A stretch of 64,000 nucleotides of DNA from Carcharhinus longimanus (taxonomy: Eukaryota): contig JASCQW010000001.1 of assembly GCA_030264375.1 (NCBI GenBank), positions 109,839,224 through 109,903,223 of the forward strand, in the 5' to 3' direction. A program made the position numbers and the translations under genes. Below, one piece after another: positions 24,100 to 37,286 of this stretch; within the stretch, counting starts at the first letter, position 1; the number at the start of each line of letters is the position of its first letter. Below the pieces are notes generated by a model. It was not told the DNA's origin and ran no database searches. It saw only the letters and a program-made list of their open reading frames with translations.

Positions 24100-25071
24100 T
24101 AATTATTCCAACTGTTGCCACAATTCTCCGCATTTTGGTACATTTTACTTCTTGGAAAAAATTTCAGTTATCTAAAAGGAATGATCTCGCTGGTGATTAA
24201 GTCATTTTTGATGAAGTAAAGATTTGTGTACAAACCAGTTGTTTCCTGGTAAAGGTGGGGCTTCCCCTTGGTGTTGAGCATTGCTGAGAAAATGAAGAGA
24301 GGCCACACAAGAACAGAATAATCTTTCAGAAGTGAGCCGAGGAGGGGAGAAAGGATTTTCAGCAGGAGCGTTTCTGCAGAGGATGTTTGAAGAGTAGATC
24401 TGCTGGAGAACAGAATGCAACGATGCTGTGGTGCACACAAAGCCATTTTTTACACTAATATCCAGGGCTATGATGACAGCAATCAGAGCTTCTATGTTAG
24501 TAATCTGAGATTATATGACACCACTAGGTGTTTTTATTGCAGCACTCAGATGCTGGGTGGATGCTACTTGTGTTGCAATGGAAGCTCAAGCATTGACCTT
24601 CAGATGTTGCAACACAGCTGGTGCCAGAGCTGTGCTGATGAAGGTATAACTATTCATCTCATGTTGGAAAGAATGGGCTCCAAGTCTGCAAAGAACCCTG
24701 TGCCAAGTTGGCGCTGGACTCTTTCATGTGCGTTGGCATTGACTGCAGGCTTTAAGTCAGATTATTCACTGCACCAAGCATTTGGCCCATGAAAATCATC
24801 ATCCAAGTCTTCCACAGCAGAACTAGTGAGTGATCTCACTCTTCATTGAACTGGCCATGGCGCCATCCATATTTCCCCCTCCCCGGACAGCGGCGTAGTC
24901 ATTGCTGGTGTCTCACCATGTGAAGATCATGCTTCTATCCTATCCTTTCAATTAAATACAGTGTCAGATACGATTTGGTGGCTGATGGCCTTCTCATCTA
25001 TGTCTTTCCGCTTTTGCACCACTGACTGGGTTTCAGTTCTTGTGTATCTCAAAGGAAACAGGGACATGAGT

Positions 25072-25312
25072 AAAAGGTAAGGTAAAGTAACCATAGTCCC
25101 AGATGACCATAGGCCACTTATCCCTGAAAAAGGGGGACGGGAAGGCAGCTTATGACTGGTGGTGATTTTAATCTGAGGATCACCACACCACAGGCAAGGG
25201 GTAAGGTTGGGAAGATGAGCCTTCATGAATAACCTTAGCTGGTACAGGAATTGAGCTTGTGCTGTTGGTGTCACTCTGCACCATGAACTGATTGCCCAGC
25301 CAACTGAGCTAA
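25072..25312 (-). mobile_element. Third tRNA-derived SINE family
   Basis: Collinear with 41585-41782 (gatttaacctgaggat.accacacc.caggcaagggg...ggtacaggaat); tRNA-like head TTAGCTCAGTTGGCTGG on the minus strand. Confidence 0.75.
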
Positions 25313-27845
25313 CTCCCCAGGAACATGAATGGAGTTATGTGGAGGGGAGTGGGGTGAGTAAGAGGCTCAGGATTACGCCATAAGTAGCTTCTCAGATAGA
25401 AGAGAAAATAGGAAGAGAGAGAAGTGGAAAAACAAAAAAAGAGGATTACGTTGGGAGATATCCTCATGTTAATGGATTTATCCCCATCAGTCCGCAACAA
25501 AATCCATTCCCATAATGGTCAGTACCTCCTCTTCTTAAATTATGTGATCTCACTTACTTTGCTGGGCATGAAACTGAGAACATGTAGATTGTTTCTCCTC
25601 CAGTTAGTTTCTGTTACATTTCCTTGTGCACCACCTTGTCCCACAAGGAGAGGAAAACAAGTCAGTGAGTGCTTTGCAATGTATTGAACAGCAGTATGTT
25701 GAATCATTGTTGAATAGCTGCCAGTATGTCCGAGCTGTGAAATCTGGATTTGAGTCTTGCAGCATTGCTAAGAGTGTGAGACTGAGGGGAATCATATGTA
25801 TGTCAGGCTTGAGACCTAGTTGTTCGAGGTTGTTGGTAGCTGAGTGATGAGGTTGTGGTGAATTGAGCAGAGGCTGAGGACAGTGGTACAGTTGGGGTAC
25901 ATGTGTCCCCGAGGATACAAGGTATCATTCCTTTCCATATCCTCCATCCAGACCTTGGCCTCCCTGTTACTGATTGCAGCCCATAAATGGCATGGGCAGA
26001 GCAGAAATCATTATAATGAGTAGACAGTAAAATGTAGGCTTACAAATTTAACCCACTTAACTTTTAATGAGAATTTCCAGAATGATTACTCTTTGGACTC
26101 CTGCCTCAAACTAAGGCATACATTCCCTTTCTATAATTATCTTATTTTCTGCACAGTCTGCCCCATTTACATTGAACTGCTCTGCAGTGTCTGTTAAATA
26201 ATAATAACTTGCAAGGGGAAAATACATCAACCTTTTTTGTTGATTTTATTTCTAGCTTTGTTTCGCCTGAACAGTTGTGCATATCATAGCAGAAGAAAAA
26301 GGCTAGAGTGTTCCTAAGCAGAGGATATCTGAGTAGTGGAAACTGTTGATGTAGCAAATTTCAGAAATATCCATTTGTTTAAACTTAGACTTGAAAGTAA
26401 TGTTGCTGCAACATTGAAGGGGATAGACCAGATTCTACTTCTGGAAGGATATTGATTGCCTTAAAGTAAGGTTTACACTGCCACATAATCCTGCCTTCCT
26501 CATAGTCAGAGTACTATTGTGCATGAACAATGCAACCTGCTGATACACACCTTCAACACTTTTTTATGTTAATCGAGAGCATCCACAGTAGTGTTGCTAA
26601 AGAATAAAGAAAAGAACAAAGAAAATTACAGCACAGGAACAGGCTCTTTAGCCTTCTAAACCTGCACTGACCATGCTGCCTGATTGAACTAAAACCCCCT
26701 ATCCTTCAGGGGACTATATCCTTCTATTCTTATCCTATTCATGTATTTATCAAGGTGCCCTTAGAAGTAACTTGCCATTGCTAGCATTCTCTCTCGTATA
26801 AAGCTGGTACCCTCCAGAAACCTATATTTTAGTGGGTCCTGCTTTGCCATTGGTGTACAATTGATTCTTGATCATTTTCTTTTTAAAGAAGATGTGGTAC
26901 CAACACATACTTGACAGCAGATAATGCTTCATGAGATCACAATTGCCTCTCTTCTGCATACACTTCCTGTCTTGGAACAGTATTCCTAACTTACCTGTCA
27001 ACCATGGCTGTGTAATGTAGTGATGCATGTTAGAATATGATCAACAAATAACACTGAGCCTGGTGAATTTTACTGCTTCATAACTGGTTTTAATATAGAA
27101 AATCCGTGATGAAATTAAATTGCCACACTTACTGCCACTGCAATTAGGAATGCAATGTGAAAATCCATTTTCTAATTTTAAATAGCTACAATTGCAGGTT
27201 TTTGATTCACATGGATGCTAGTTTTAGCATTTTTTATGATGGTCAGAGAATTTACCTCTCAATGGATTCTACACATTTTGAAATATAACACTGATCTATT
27301 GGCATATGAATGCTGACTGAGCATCTGATGATGAGGAGCCCTGCATTATTTGAGGTGCTGGCTTTCAGATGAGGCATTAAATGTCAACATTTCATCTGCA
27401 CTGTAGAAAAGAAAGGAGATGATGGGAAAATTGAGAAATGCTGAAATGGGAGGTCAGGGTAAGTTGTGTTTGGTGAAGAAATGACTTAATTCACCATCAC
27501 TTGGACTGAAGGTTCATTAATAAGCGCTCCATCAAATTTAGATGTGCAGATACTGTTGTTCACGGAAATAAGTGGCAAGGTGCTGACTTGAGTCTGCTTT
27601 TTGTAAAGATTGGAGGTGATCTAAGTGTTTATTCTTAAGTTTTTTCCCCAGGAGGAGGGAAAAGCTGACAAAGACAACATTTATTGCCTAGCTGACTGAG
27701 GAATATGTGATATGCCACCTTCTTGAATAGTTACAGTAGTGGATAGTCCCACAATGGCTTGGAAAAAGGAAGGGAAAAATTAGAAATAGAGGCCTGTTCA
27801 ATTCTGGAAAATTAATCATCCACTGTCGGAAGGCTGAATTTGCAA

Positions 27846-28025
27846 AGTACAACAGTTCAGTCTGGTAGCACTCTTGCCTCTGAATCAGAAGATTTTTTGG
27901 TCCAAGTCCCACTTCAGAGACTGGAGCATGAAATCTAGACACTGTCACCTTTTTGCCAGTGCAGGGCAGTAAAGTGCCCTGCACTGAAGGAAGTGCTATC
28001 TTCGCGATGAAACATTGAGCCAAAT
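27846..28025 (+). mobile_element. DeuSINE 5' fragment
   Basis: ggtagcactcttgcctctgaatcagaag...ggtccaagtcccact.cagagact...gtgccctgcactg. Confidence 0.6.
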
Positions 28026-28460
28026 CTTCTGAGGAGCAACAATCACAATCAGATTGTCACTCCATTCCTATTTAAGTAGGTGAGGGGGTAGTGTGTGTTG
28101 AGAGGTCAGGGAATTAGTTGGGGTCAGGGATAGTAGGGTGGTTAGCATGTAATTGTGGGGCAGGGGGGAGAGGGGTAATCAGGTGGTCTTAGGATAGTTG
28201 GGTCAAGGGATAGTCAGGGGTGGGGTTAGAGAATAATTGGATTGGGAGCACTCAGGAGACATGAATATTTGGGTTGGGGTTTTTGGGGTGGGGAGTAGTC
28301 AAATTGAGGAGCATTTGGAATTTGGGAGGGTAATAGGGAGTTGGCAGATTAGTCTGGTCAGGCGGTGTCGTTGTTTGTTTGAGGGGAGTTATCAGGGGGT
28401 CCTGTGGAGAGTAGGGAGTGGGGGATGGTCAGTAGCATGGTTACTCAAGAGTTAGAACTC

Positions 28461-28595
28461 TTCTAACTTCTCTTAGGTAACTATTCTGGTAAGTAAGTTA
28501 GAACTATCGAAAGTCTCTGACTTTAACTCAGATTTCTAACTTCTCTTGGGTAACTATTCTGGTAAGTAAGTTAGAACTATAGAAAGTATCTGACT
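28461..28595. repeat. Two-copy tandem duplication, period 73 bp, with internal inverted repeats
   Basis: ttctaacttctctt(a/g)ggtaactattctggtaagtaagttagaactat(c/a)gaaagt(c/a)tctgact starts at 28461 and again at 28534. Confidence 0.9.
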
Positions 28596-28714
28596 AACTT
28601 TGAGTTTCAGGGAGTTCTATATGCCAGATAATTGCCCTTCAGAGGTCCAAATGTCTGGGGCAATTACCACAAAGTCAGTGTGAAGCTGTTCTCAGAAGTG
28701 CATCAGCACATCTT

Positions 28715-29020
28715 GGGGGGATACCAGGAGTGTATTGCAGAGAGAACAGTCCTATCACAATGCTGTAAGAGGAGGGGAAGGAAAGATGTGTTTGGTTGCG
28801 GTGTCATACTGGAAATGGCAGAAATGGCATGCAATAATCTGTTAAATGTGGAGGCTGATAGATAAGGAGATGTGGATAAAGGGGACACTGTCATAGTTCT
28901 ACAAGGGCAGGAAAAGGTGACAGCGGAGGTGTGGGAAATAGAATGGATACAGTCAAAGGCCTGGTCAACCATTGTGGTGTGTAATCCTCAATGAAGAAAA
29001 AGGAAGCGTGTCCAAGGCAC
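28715..29020 (-). mobile_element. Penelope-like RT/GIY-YIG linker remnant
   Basis: MVDQAFDCIHSISHTSAVT..., continuing in shifted frames as ...HFCHFQYDTATKHIFPSPPLTAL, typical of the Poseidon-type linker. Confidence 0.6.
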
Positions 29021-29329
29021 TGATATGGTTTGTTTAGATTAATTTTTGGACTCAGAATACAGTATTAAAACTGTATCCTTTGTCAATGTATTGGTTGCTT
29101 AAAAAAACCACAACTTAGTTTTGATTAGTTCTTTCTAGCACTGTGAAACTTGTAGAATAATTGAATAGAATCATAGAACCCTACAGTGCAGAAGAGCCCA
29201 TTCAGCCCATTGTGTCTGCACCTACTCTCTGACAGAGCATCTTCCTCAGGTTATCTCCTCCACCCTACTCCTGTAATCCCACACATTTACCGTAGCTAAT
29301 CCATCTTTTGGAAAGTCTGGAACCATAAA

Positions 29330-29900
29330 CTCATTCTAAATTTGAAAGATAATTTGGCTTTCCCAATCTTCTCGTTTTTTTTACTGAATTTGGCTCTCTC
29401 TACTGACTCCATTTTCAGTTGGCCAGTTGAACACTGGAAAGACCAAAACCATTGTATTTGGCACTATTACAAACATCATATAGTTGCCACAAATTCATCC
29501 CATTCTCATTTCAGGTTCAACCAGACTGTTTGACCCCAAGATTAACTTCCTACTCCAGATCCTGTCCACCATATAGATTGCCTTCCACCAACTAATCACC
29601 ATCCCACAAATTGTCCAAACCCCACCCAATACCTTACCACTTTCCTACGACGACTCAAATGCTCACCTATCCGGCCTCCCATTTTCCATCCTCTATATTA
29701 TTCAGCTCATTCAAAACTCCATTGCAAGAATGCTATCCTGAACCAAATCATGTTCACCCATCATGTACTCGCTCACCTACATTGACTAATGGTTCTCTAT
29801 CACTGCAAACAAAAGTTCTCGCCCTCATTCTGAAATCGCTTCATGGTTTCATGCCTCATTATCTCTGGAATCATCAACAATCCTACCTACAACCTGACAG
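29330..29900 (+). mobile_element. Degenerate L2 fragment
   Basis: ggaaagaccaaaaccattgtatttgg; cagctcattcaaaactccattgc; similar to the 8540-8800 and 10300-10500 L2 segments. Confidence 0.5.
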
Positions 29901-29919
29901 CACTTTGTGTTGAAACAAT

Positions 29920-31770
29920 GTGTGGAATTTTATGAGAGTGCTTCTAAGTGTCCAGCCAGCATGACAATGGGAGAGTTCCTGATCTGCCTTTTGAGTGAGT
30001 TTTCATACACAATCTTGTGTACTTAGTCATTGAAAATATGGGTTAGACCGTTTCTCACTGCTGCAGGTGGTGGGCTGGGCTTAATTTGGCAGCCAACCTA
30101 CAGAGGGAGCTATTGCACATGTGCAGGTCTCTGAAGCTGCACACGTGCAATTTCAGCTGCAGGGTCTGACAGACTGAGAGAGGGCTGTTAGGTTCCTGCT
30201 GCTGAAGCCAGCCTGAACCAATCTTCTACCCACGATCGCTGGGCCTGCAGCCAATCACGATCCCACTCTGCGCAAGATGCCACCACCCAGACCAATCACG
30301 TCACCCTCTCCCCCCGAACCAATCCGATCGTGTTGCAGAGCAGCAGCGGCACCCCGCCTCCCCCAATCCGATCATGTTGCAGAGTTGGAGTGGGTCCCTC
30401 TCCCCTACACTAGCCTTCATGCGCCACCCCTTCAGGCCCTGCCTCATAGATCCCACCTCCAGCACTGCCCTAGTGGGCATTGCCCAGGCACCCAGTTGGC
30501 AGTGCCAAGGTGACCAGGTGGCATTGCCAGGCTGGCTTTGTCCAAGTATAGCAGAAGGGGATACAGAAGTCCCTGCTTTTGAGACTATTAAAATAAGTAG
30601 ATTATTTTAAAATAGGGACACAGTGTGCCTTATATATATTAAAGTTATCACAATATGCCTCACTTATATATCATATGAAGATGTTGTCTCTATAAGCACA
30701 TATATAATCATTTTTGAAGAATTATTATAGAGTTTTACTGTATTTTCTCATGAGCTTTGGCCGACAGGAAATTTACCCTTTAGCATAATGGGAAATAATT
30801 TTAATTTAACAGATCACATACTTTCGGAACAATGAAGCTTAGAGCGTATACCCTACTATCAGTGGTAAGCCAAGCAGCTACAGGCAACCAAGGTTAGTGA
30901 AATGAATAGAAGGATTCAGCTTCTAACTGTAAAAAATAAAGGGACTGACAACAGACCAGAGAAGATGACTTCCTTCTAATTCTCAGGACTGCAGGTGTTA
31001 ACCTACTTTGAACCTAGTAGGTTTACATCGGGAAGGTTACTAGGCAATGAGGGGAAGAACTTTTGGGTTTGATTGACCGATGAATTTCTAATTCTGCTAG
31101 AAGGTAGAATGCTATTGGTCAAAGGAAATAAAGTGCATGNNNNNNNNNNNNNNNNNNNNNNNNNNNNNNNNNNNNNNNNNNNNNNNNNNNNNNNNNNNNN
31201 NNNNNNNNNNNNNNNNNNNNNNNNNNNNNNNNNNNNNNNGTAATTGGACCGTTCAGCTTGAATGATAAGTTGGGTGGAAGTATCAAATCTTCAGAAATGT
31301 ATATCTGTTATACCCATTTTATGTATCTCTCTCCCAAAATGTTGATCAAATAAAGAACATCTTTAAATACATACTGCCTTTCACAAGTCTTGTTGCTTAA
31401 TGAGATCGGCAGAGTACAAGGCCCCCAAGGAGTGATACTCCAAAAAATTCCCCTTACACCAAGGGCACCCCCCACTTGCTCTCGGCCTCCCTGTGGTACC
31501 TCAATGGCCTCCAATTCCACTGGTGAGGCCAACGCAACAGTGCCCCATTCCCTGGGAGCAGGGGTTTTCTCGCCGGAGAGAACCTTGCTGGCCATAAAGG
31601 CAAGTGAGCCCAGACAATTGAATGCTCAAAAAACAGATGTGCATGAAGATTAGAATGAATTTGAATAATTTATTCAGCCTCTCACCCATTTCCTGATTTC
31701 TCAGCGCTCTTGTGATTTTACTGGCTTGTTCAGCCCCTCAATGGGCAGGCTGAGCAGTAAAATTACACCC
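29920..31770. mobile_element. Non-autonomous DNA-transposon-like element with an LTR-like insert (about 30578-31385)
   Basis: Termini gtggaatttta / taaaattacaccc. The GC-rich ggcagtgcc-type interior is shared with 42650-43560 and 61131-61782. Confidence 0.45.
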
Positions 31771-31844
31771 AATGTCCGCCACCCCTTACTTTCTTTGCCC
31801 AGCAAAAGCTTTGCCCTGCTTTCAGCTGTCTAGGTCTTATTTTG

Positions 31845-32760
31845 AATTGAATTGAATTGAATTATTGTCACATGTATTGGGATACAGTGAAATGTATTAC
31901 TTCTTGTGAACTGTTACAGACAACACATATTGGTTATAGAGTACATAGAGGAGAAGGAAAGGATAGGGTGTAGAATATAGTGCTGCAGTTACTGATAAGG
32001 TGAAGAGAAAGAACAGCTTAATATATGATAGGACCATTCAAAAATCTGATGGCAGTAGGGAAGAAGATGTTTTTGAGTTGGTTGGTACATGTTTTCAGAC
32101 TTTTGTATCTTTTTCCTGATGGAAGAAGGTGGAAGAGAGTATGTCCAGGGTGCATAGGATTGTTGATTATGATGGCTGCTTTCCCAAAGAAACAGGAAGT
32201 ATAGGTGGAGTCAGTGGACAGAAGGCTGGTATGCATGATAGACTGGGCTATGTTCACAAACCTTTATAGTTTTGTGCAGTCTTAGTCAGAGTAGGAGCCA
32301 TATACCCAGATATGTTATTTTCCATGGTACTTAGAACAAGGTACAAAGAACAAAGAAAATCACAGCATAGGAATAGGCCCTTTGACCCTCCAAGCCTGCA
32401 CCGACCATACTGCCTGACTGAACTAAAACCCCCTACCCTTCCAGGGACCATATCGCTTTATTCCCATCCTATTCATGTATTTGTCAAGATGCTCCTTAAA
32501 GGTTACTATTATATCTGCTTCCACTACCTCTCCGGACTTATGTAGAAATTAGTGGGAGTTGTAGTGGACATGCTGAATTTCTTTAGCCTTCTGAGAAAGT
32601 AGAGGGTTGGTGGGCTTTCTTAACTACAGCATTGGTGTGGGGGACCAGGTTGTTGATGATCTGAATACCTAGAAACATGAAGCTCCTACCATCTCCACTT
32701 CATCACCTTTGATGTAGATAGCGAAATGTCCTCCACTACGTTTCCTGAAGTCAATGGCTA
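31845..32760 (-). mobile_element. Rex1/Babar LINE 3' portion (with a CR1 tail inserted at about 32333-32535)
   Basis: C-terminal peptide HPGHTLFHLLPSGKRYKSLKTCTNQLKNIFFPTAIRFLN; (TTCAA)n tail at 31844-31862. Confidence 0.85.
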
Positions 32761-33185
32761 GCCGTCATTTTGGAAGCTCCCTCCATAAATCTTTCACCTC
32801 CTATTGTTCCATTCAGATACCCCTGAAAAGCTATCTCTTGTGACAAATTTTGAGGCACCTCTCTGATGGCTACTTCTTTGACATGTCATTATTGTCTTAT
32901 TGTACTTATTGCAAGGAGCCAAGCTCCTTGCAATGTTTCTTTCTGTGTTAAAAGTGGTAGATAAATGTACATTAATGTTAACTTACCAACATGGCACCAT
33001 ACTCTTCCATCACTTCTTGCAGAATGTCTCCGAAACTGAGATTCCAAAGAAACCCTCCCATCCAAAAAACTCTGCCCATATTGCGGTAAATTGTGCCCTC
33101 ATTTAACTATTATGTGGAATCACTAAATTAGAATAATGCTTATCACATCACATTTCCTCTCCTTTATGTAATAATAGCAAAAACA

Positions 33186-33742
33186 TGGGCTGAATTCCCT
33201 CCCCTACCCTGACTAAAATGTTGATGGAGAGACCGACCAGGAGAAGAACAATTACCCTGCTGTCAGTTGATACTTAATTGGCCGTTAATAGGTAGGAGGC
33301 CAGATTTCTTTGCCTTGTAGGCATCATGTCCCACCTCAGTGAACTGCTGACCAATCAGATGGCCATCAGCTCTATGGTTTGAGGCAGAACTGGTCGCCAC
33401 TGCTGAGACTACAGGCAGTTCCCGACGGATATCATCTTTGGAACTGGATGCCAAGACAAGCAATGGAAATTTTGCTGGCATCAGACTGGCAGGCCTATCA
33501 AGGAGATGGGGTGCCAGGATTAAGAGGCTGGAGGGGAGGATAAAGGGGGAATTCAGGAAAGATTTGGAGAAGGGGAGTGCCTCCGATGGGCCTAGGGGAC
33601 CCACAAAGAAACCAGCCCCGCAACTGCATACTCTGTTGTCATGTGATCTTACATTACTGATGATGTAGACTATCTATTTTCACTAACTCTTTACACTAAA
33701 TCCACCTTCAAACATACTGGTGGGGAAATGTAAAATTCAGCT
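33186..33742. mobile_element. Non-autonomous TIR element (MITE-like)
   Basis: Termini gggctgaatt ... aaaattcagct. Confidence 0.45.
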
Positions 33743-33849
33743 ATAGGCACAAGTAGGAAGTTGTCAGATGTCTGGAAAAACTAACAAACAAATCAATTTT
33801 GGTGTTTAACATTATTCAAAGGATCTATTCCAAAAGTAGACTAAAAAAC

Positions 33850-34196
33850 TTTTAATTCATTTGTGGGACATGGGCGTCACTGGCTGGTCAGCATTTATTG
33901 CCTATCCCTAGTTGCTCTTGAATAGTTGAGGGTCAACCACATTGCTGTGGCTCTGGAGTCACATGTACGCCACTCCAGCAAGGACGGCAAATTTTCTTCT
34001 CTAAAGGATATTAGTGGACCAGCTGAGTTTTTCTGATAATTTACGATGGTTTTATGGTCATCAGTAGATTCTTAATTCCAGACATTTTTTATTGAATTCA
34101 AATTCCACCATCTCCCCTGGCAGTCTTCGAACTGGGTCCCCAGAACATTAGCTGTGTTTCTGGATTAATAGTCTAGCAATAATAGCACTAGGCCAT
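33850..34196 (-). mobile_element. Second SINE family copy
   Basis: Reverse complement of the 21989-22480 family. Confidence 0.8.
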
Positions 34197-35094
34197 TATG
34201 GCTTAGTATTATCACTAGAATATTAATCCAAAAAACACTGAATAAATGTAATTAAATTCAATTTTAACTTGAAATGTATTCTACATTTGTGATTCATGGT
34301 CTGTTGCTGCTGCTTTGTTGATGCCTTAGTGCATAAGTCTGGAGTCAGTGCTGACCCCGCACTCACCAGGATGGCAGATGTACCATCTTGGTATCTAGAG
34401 TACCAAAGTTTGGTTTATTCTACTTGTGGTGAAAACTAAATTCAAATCAGCATAACACCACCACTACCCACCACCCACCACCCCCTGCCCCAATCCTCCA
34501 ACCACCCCCAGCAATATCTTAATATTGAACTTATTTATTTATCCAATAGATGTAGTTCCACTATTGCAAACTGTAGCACAGGAACTATCTTTCTCCCTCA
34601 CTATTCATCAATATACCTTTGCTCCTAAAAAAACCCATCTCACTGGAGGCTCAAAACTAATCTCTTTGCTCTAAGCAATGCTGCTAAATACACAAGGTGG
34701 AACATTCCAAGTGAATTCATGGGACTTTCACATTAGCTGGGAAAGAATGAGAACACATCCCCACGGTCAAAAAAAATGCCTGCTTCATGTGGACAGGATA
34801 TTGTGAGCAAAGCCAGGCTATCTCCTGGCTTATGCCTTGTTACAGCAACAGACCAGTACATCATATCATTATCGCACAGCCATAATCCAAGACAATCAGC
34901 CAAGAATTTGTGGAATTCCATCAGATGCTGTGTATCTGAATCCACATTTAAAATTGAGGATATTAGAAAAAGTATTCAACTGATTTGAATGAGCCTAATT
35001 GAGGGGCATACGACAAAGTATGCATTTCAGTGAAAGGTTTATCAAATGGATTGTGGATTAATTCTACTCAAGCAGAAAGAAAAATATAAGAGCA

Positions 35095-35835
35095 CCTGCC
35101 ATTATATTGCATTTCATCACCTCAGGGCATTCCAAAGTATGACACAGTTAATAAAATCATTTTAAAGGGTAGTTCTGTTGCATTGTAGCAAACACAACAG
35201 CCAATTTGTGCACAAACTTTAATGTCATTATGATCAATAATCTGTTTTGTGATGTTGATTGAAGTATAAGTATCAGTAAGGATGCCAGGGATAACTTCCC
35301 TGTTCTAAAGAACGTACACATCAGAGAGCAGATGGGGCCTCAGTTGTAGTCCAAAAGTTGGCATCTCTAACATTGCATTCTCCTACAATGCTGTATTATT
35401 GTCTTCAACCCTCTGAAGCAGGTCTTGAACCCCCAAGCTTGTGACTCTGCAGTGAGAGTGCTACCAACTGAGCCATGGCAGTGCTCACGGTGTTGGAGTA
35501 ATACTAATCAAAAACAGCCAATTGTCTCTTTTGCTCAATGATAGGACTATTGTCTGTGATCCAAAGGATTGAGGATTCAAAACTCACTCCAGAATGTCAG
35601 CATGTACTCTGCACTGGAGTACTATGTAAATAAATGTTGTCCTTTATTAAACCGAGGCTGCAGTTGCCTTTTGATGAAAACCAGCAAGTCCTCTCAATGA
35701 CATTGCCAAATTCCCTCTCTCAAGGAACGGCATCAAAAAGAAATGTACTGTTTATTTTTCTTATCGCTATGCCACCTACGTTGCGACAGTGATTGCATGT
35801 CAAAATAATTCCTCATATGTAAAGTACTTGGGACA
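35095..35835. mobile_element. Head-to-head pair of old DeuSINEs (35095-35478 minus; about 35500-35835 plus)
   Basis: cagccaatttgtgcaca...gagagtgctaccaactgagcca, then ggattcaaaactcactccaga...gtaaagtacttgggaca. Confidence 0.55.
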
Positions 35836-36214
35836 ATAGTAACACTGTTATGTTTCCAATCTTACCATTCTCCAACCACAGCATGGCTAACAGATTTATA
35901 TTAGCCCTTTCTAGGCTACAATACAAGGGAATCGATCAGCAGCATGCATTCCCCAATCAGAAATAACTTAAGGAAAATCAATATTTCAGTATTATTAAAA
36001 TGGAAATCCTAGGCAAACCATGAAGTGTCAACATAACACATCCCCTAAGTTTATGGTATTTATTCCAGAGACACTAGGAAGAAGAGATATGCGACAATCT
36101 TTATTAGGGAATCAATGAAGGCTGGAGTGATATCAGTGAATTGGGAGGCTAAAGTAATGTCCATATTTTTGAAATAAAGGAGACAAAACAAATAGAGGCA
36201 ACTACAAACTCACT

Positions 36215-36363
36215 CGAAAAAGAAACACAAAGTGCTCAGCAAGTCTGACTGCATCTGTGGAAAGGAAAACAGAATTAAGGATTCTAGTCAAATATGCATC
36301 TTCTTCAGAACCCTGGTTGCCAGATCCTACTGGGCATTTCCAGCAATCTGTTTTCATTTCAGA
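36215..36363. mobile_element. Penelope-like palindromic element fragment
   Basis: ctcagcaagtctgactgcatctgtgg...cttcttcaga...gttgccagatc...catttccagca. Confidence 0.5.
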
Positions 36364-36367
36364 CTAT

Positions 36368-36679
36368 GGGGAGATGATAGCTTAATGGTATTTTCGCTAA
36401 CCTATTAATCCAGAAACTTAGCTAATTTTCTGGGGACAAGTGTTTGAATCCTGCCATGGCAGATGGTGGAATCTACTGATGACCATGAAACCATTGTCCA
36501 TTGTCAGAAAAACCCATCTGGTTCACTAATATCCTTTAGGGAAGGAAATCTGCCATCCTTACCTGGTCTGGTCACAGCAATATGGTTGACTCTCAATTAC
36601 CCTCAGTCAATTAGGGAAGGACAATAAATGCTGGCCAGCCAGCAACAACCATGTCCGACAAGTGAATAGAAAAAAAAAA
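36368..36679 (+). mobile_element. Second SINE family copy with A-tail
   Basis: Same core as 21989-22480; ends in an A-run. Confidence 0.8.
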
Positions 36680-36730
36680 GATTTGTGGCATCTACGGTAA
36701 TTTGCTTTTATTTTAGTGTGTAAACTCTTT

Positions 36731-36842
36731 GGACAGGATTTTCTGGCTCCATTGTGGCAGGCACGGTGAGCAAGCCAAAAGTCCATTGACTTTGGTGGGA
36801 CTAGAAGATTCCACCAGTGGCCGGGACTGGAAAATCCTGCCC
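36731..36842. mobile_element. MITE (about 112 bp)
   Basis: TIRs GGACAGGATTTTC / GAAAATCCTGCCC. Confidence 0.7.
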
Positions 36843-37286
36843 ATTATTCTTGCTTTCATTCCAAAGTACAAAAAGTTGAATTAATTCTCAGACATAGATG
36901 CAAACATCACCTGTGCAATAATAACCTAGGTAACTTCAGTCAATGTGGACTTAGAGTGGGAGATTTTGCATAACCAATATCCTAGACTTTGAGGAAAAGG
37001 AAAGTACATTGTGGGAAGTTTCACAATATGCTTTAGCTAGACTTCCTGAATGTATCTGACAAAGCTGAGGGAATTTTGATTAAAATCTAGGAAGTAGTAA
37101 GAAATTAAGGAAAGATAATTAAAGAGTAAAGCTAGGAAGTATGAGGGGAGTTAGCAGAAAAGTGACCTAATGTTTAATGTTGGAATAACTATTTCTTCCA
37201 ATATGCATTGATGATTTTGAGTGAGAAAACGAGAAACATATTGAAAAATTTTGCAGATAATGCATAAGTAGAATTAGTCACACAAC

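Larger units (their letters stand above)
23497..26054. mobile_element. Internally deleted PIF/Harbinger DNA transposon relic
   Basis: Imperfect TIRs GGGTAAAATTGG (23499) and CAAATTTAACCC (26043-26054). Decayed nuclease-like 5' region on plus (about 24250-24450), Myb-like remnants on minus (about 25650-25970), and similarity to 21240-21350. Hosts two SINEs. Confidence 0.5.

Noticed and set aside
24415-24792. 125-aa Cys-rich ORF
   Set aside because: Lies inside a decayed Harbinger relic; no coherent domain, splice signals or Cys spacing of a known fold.
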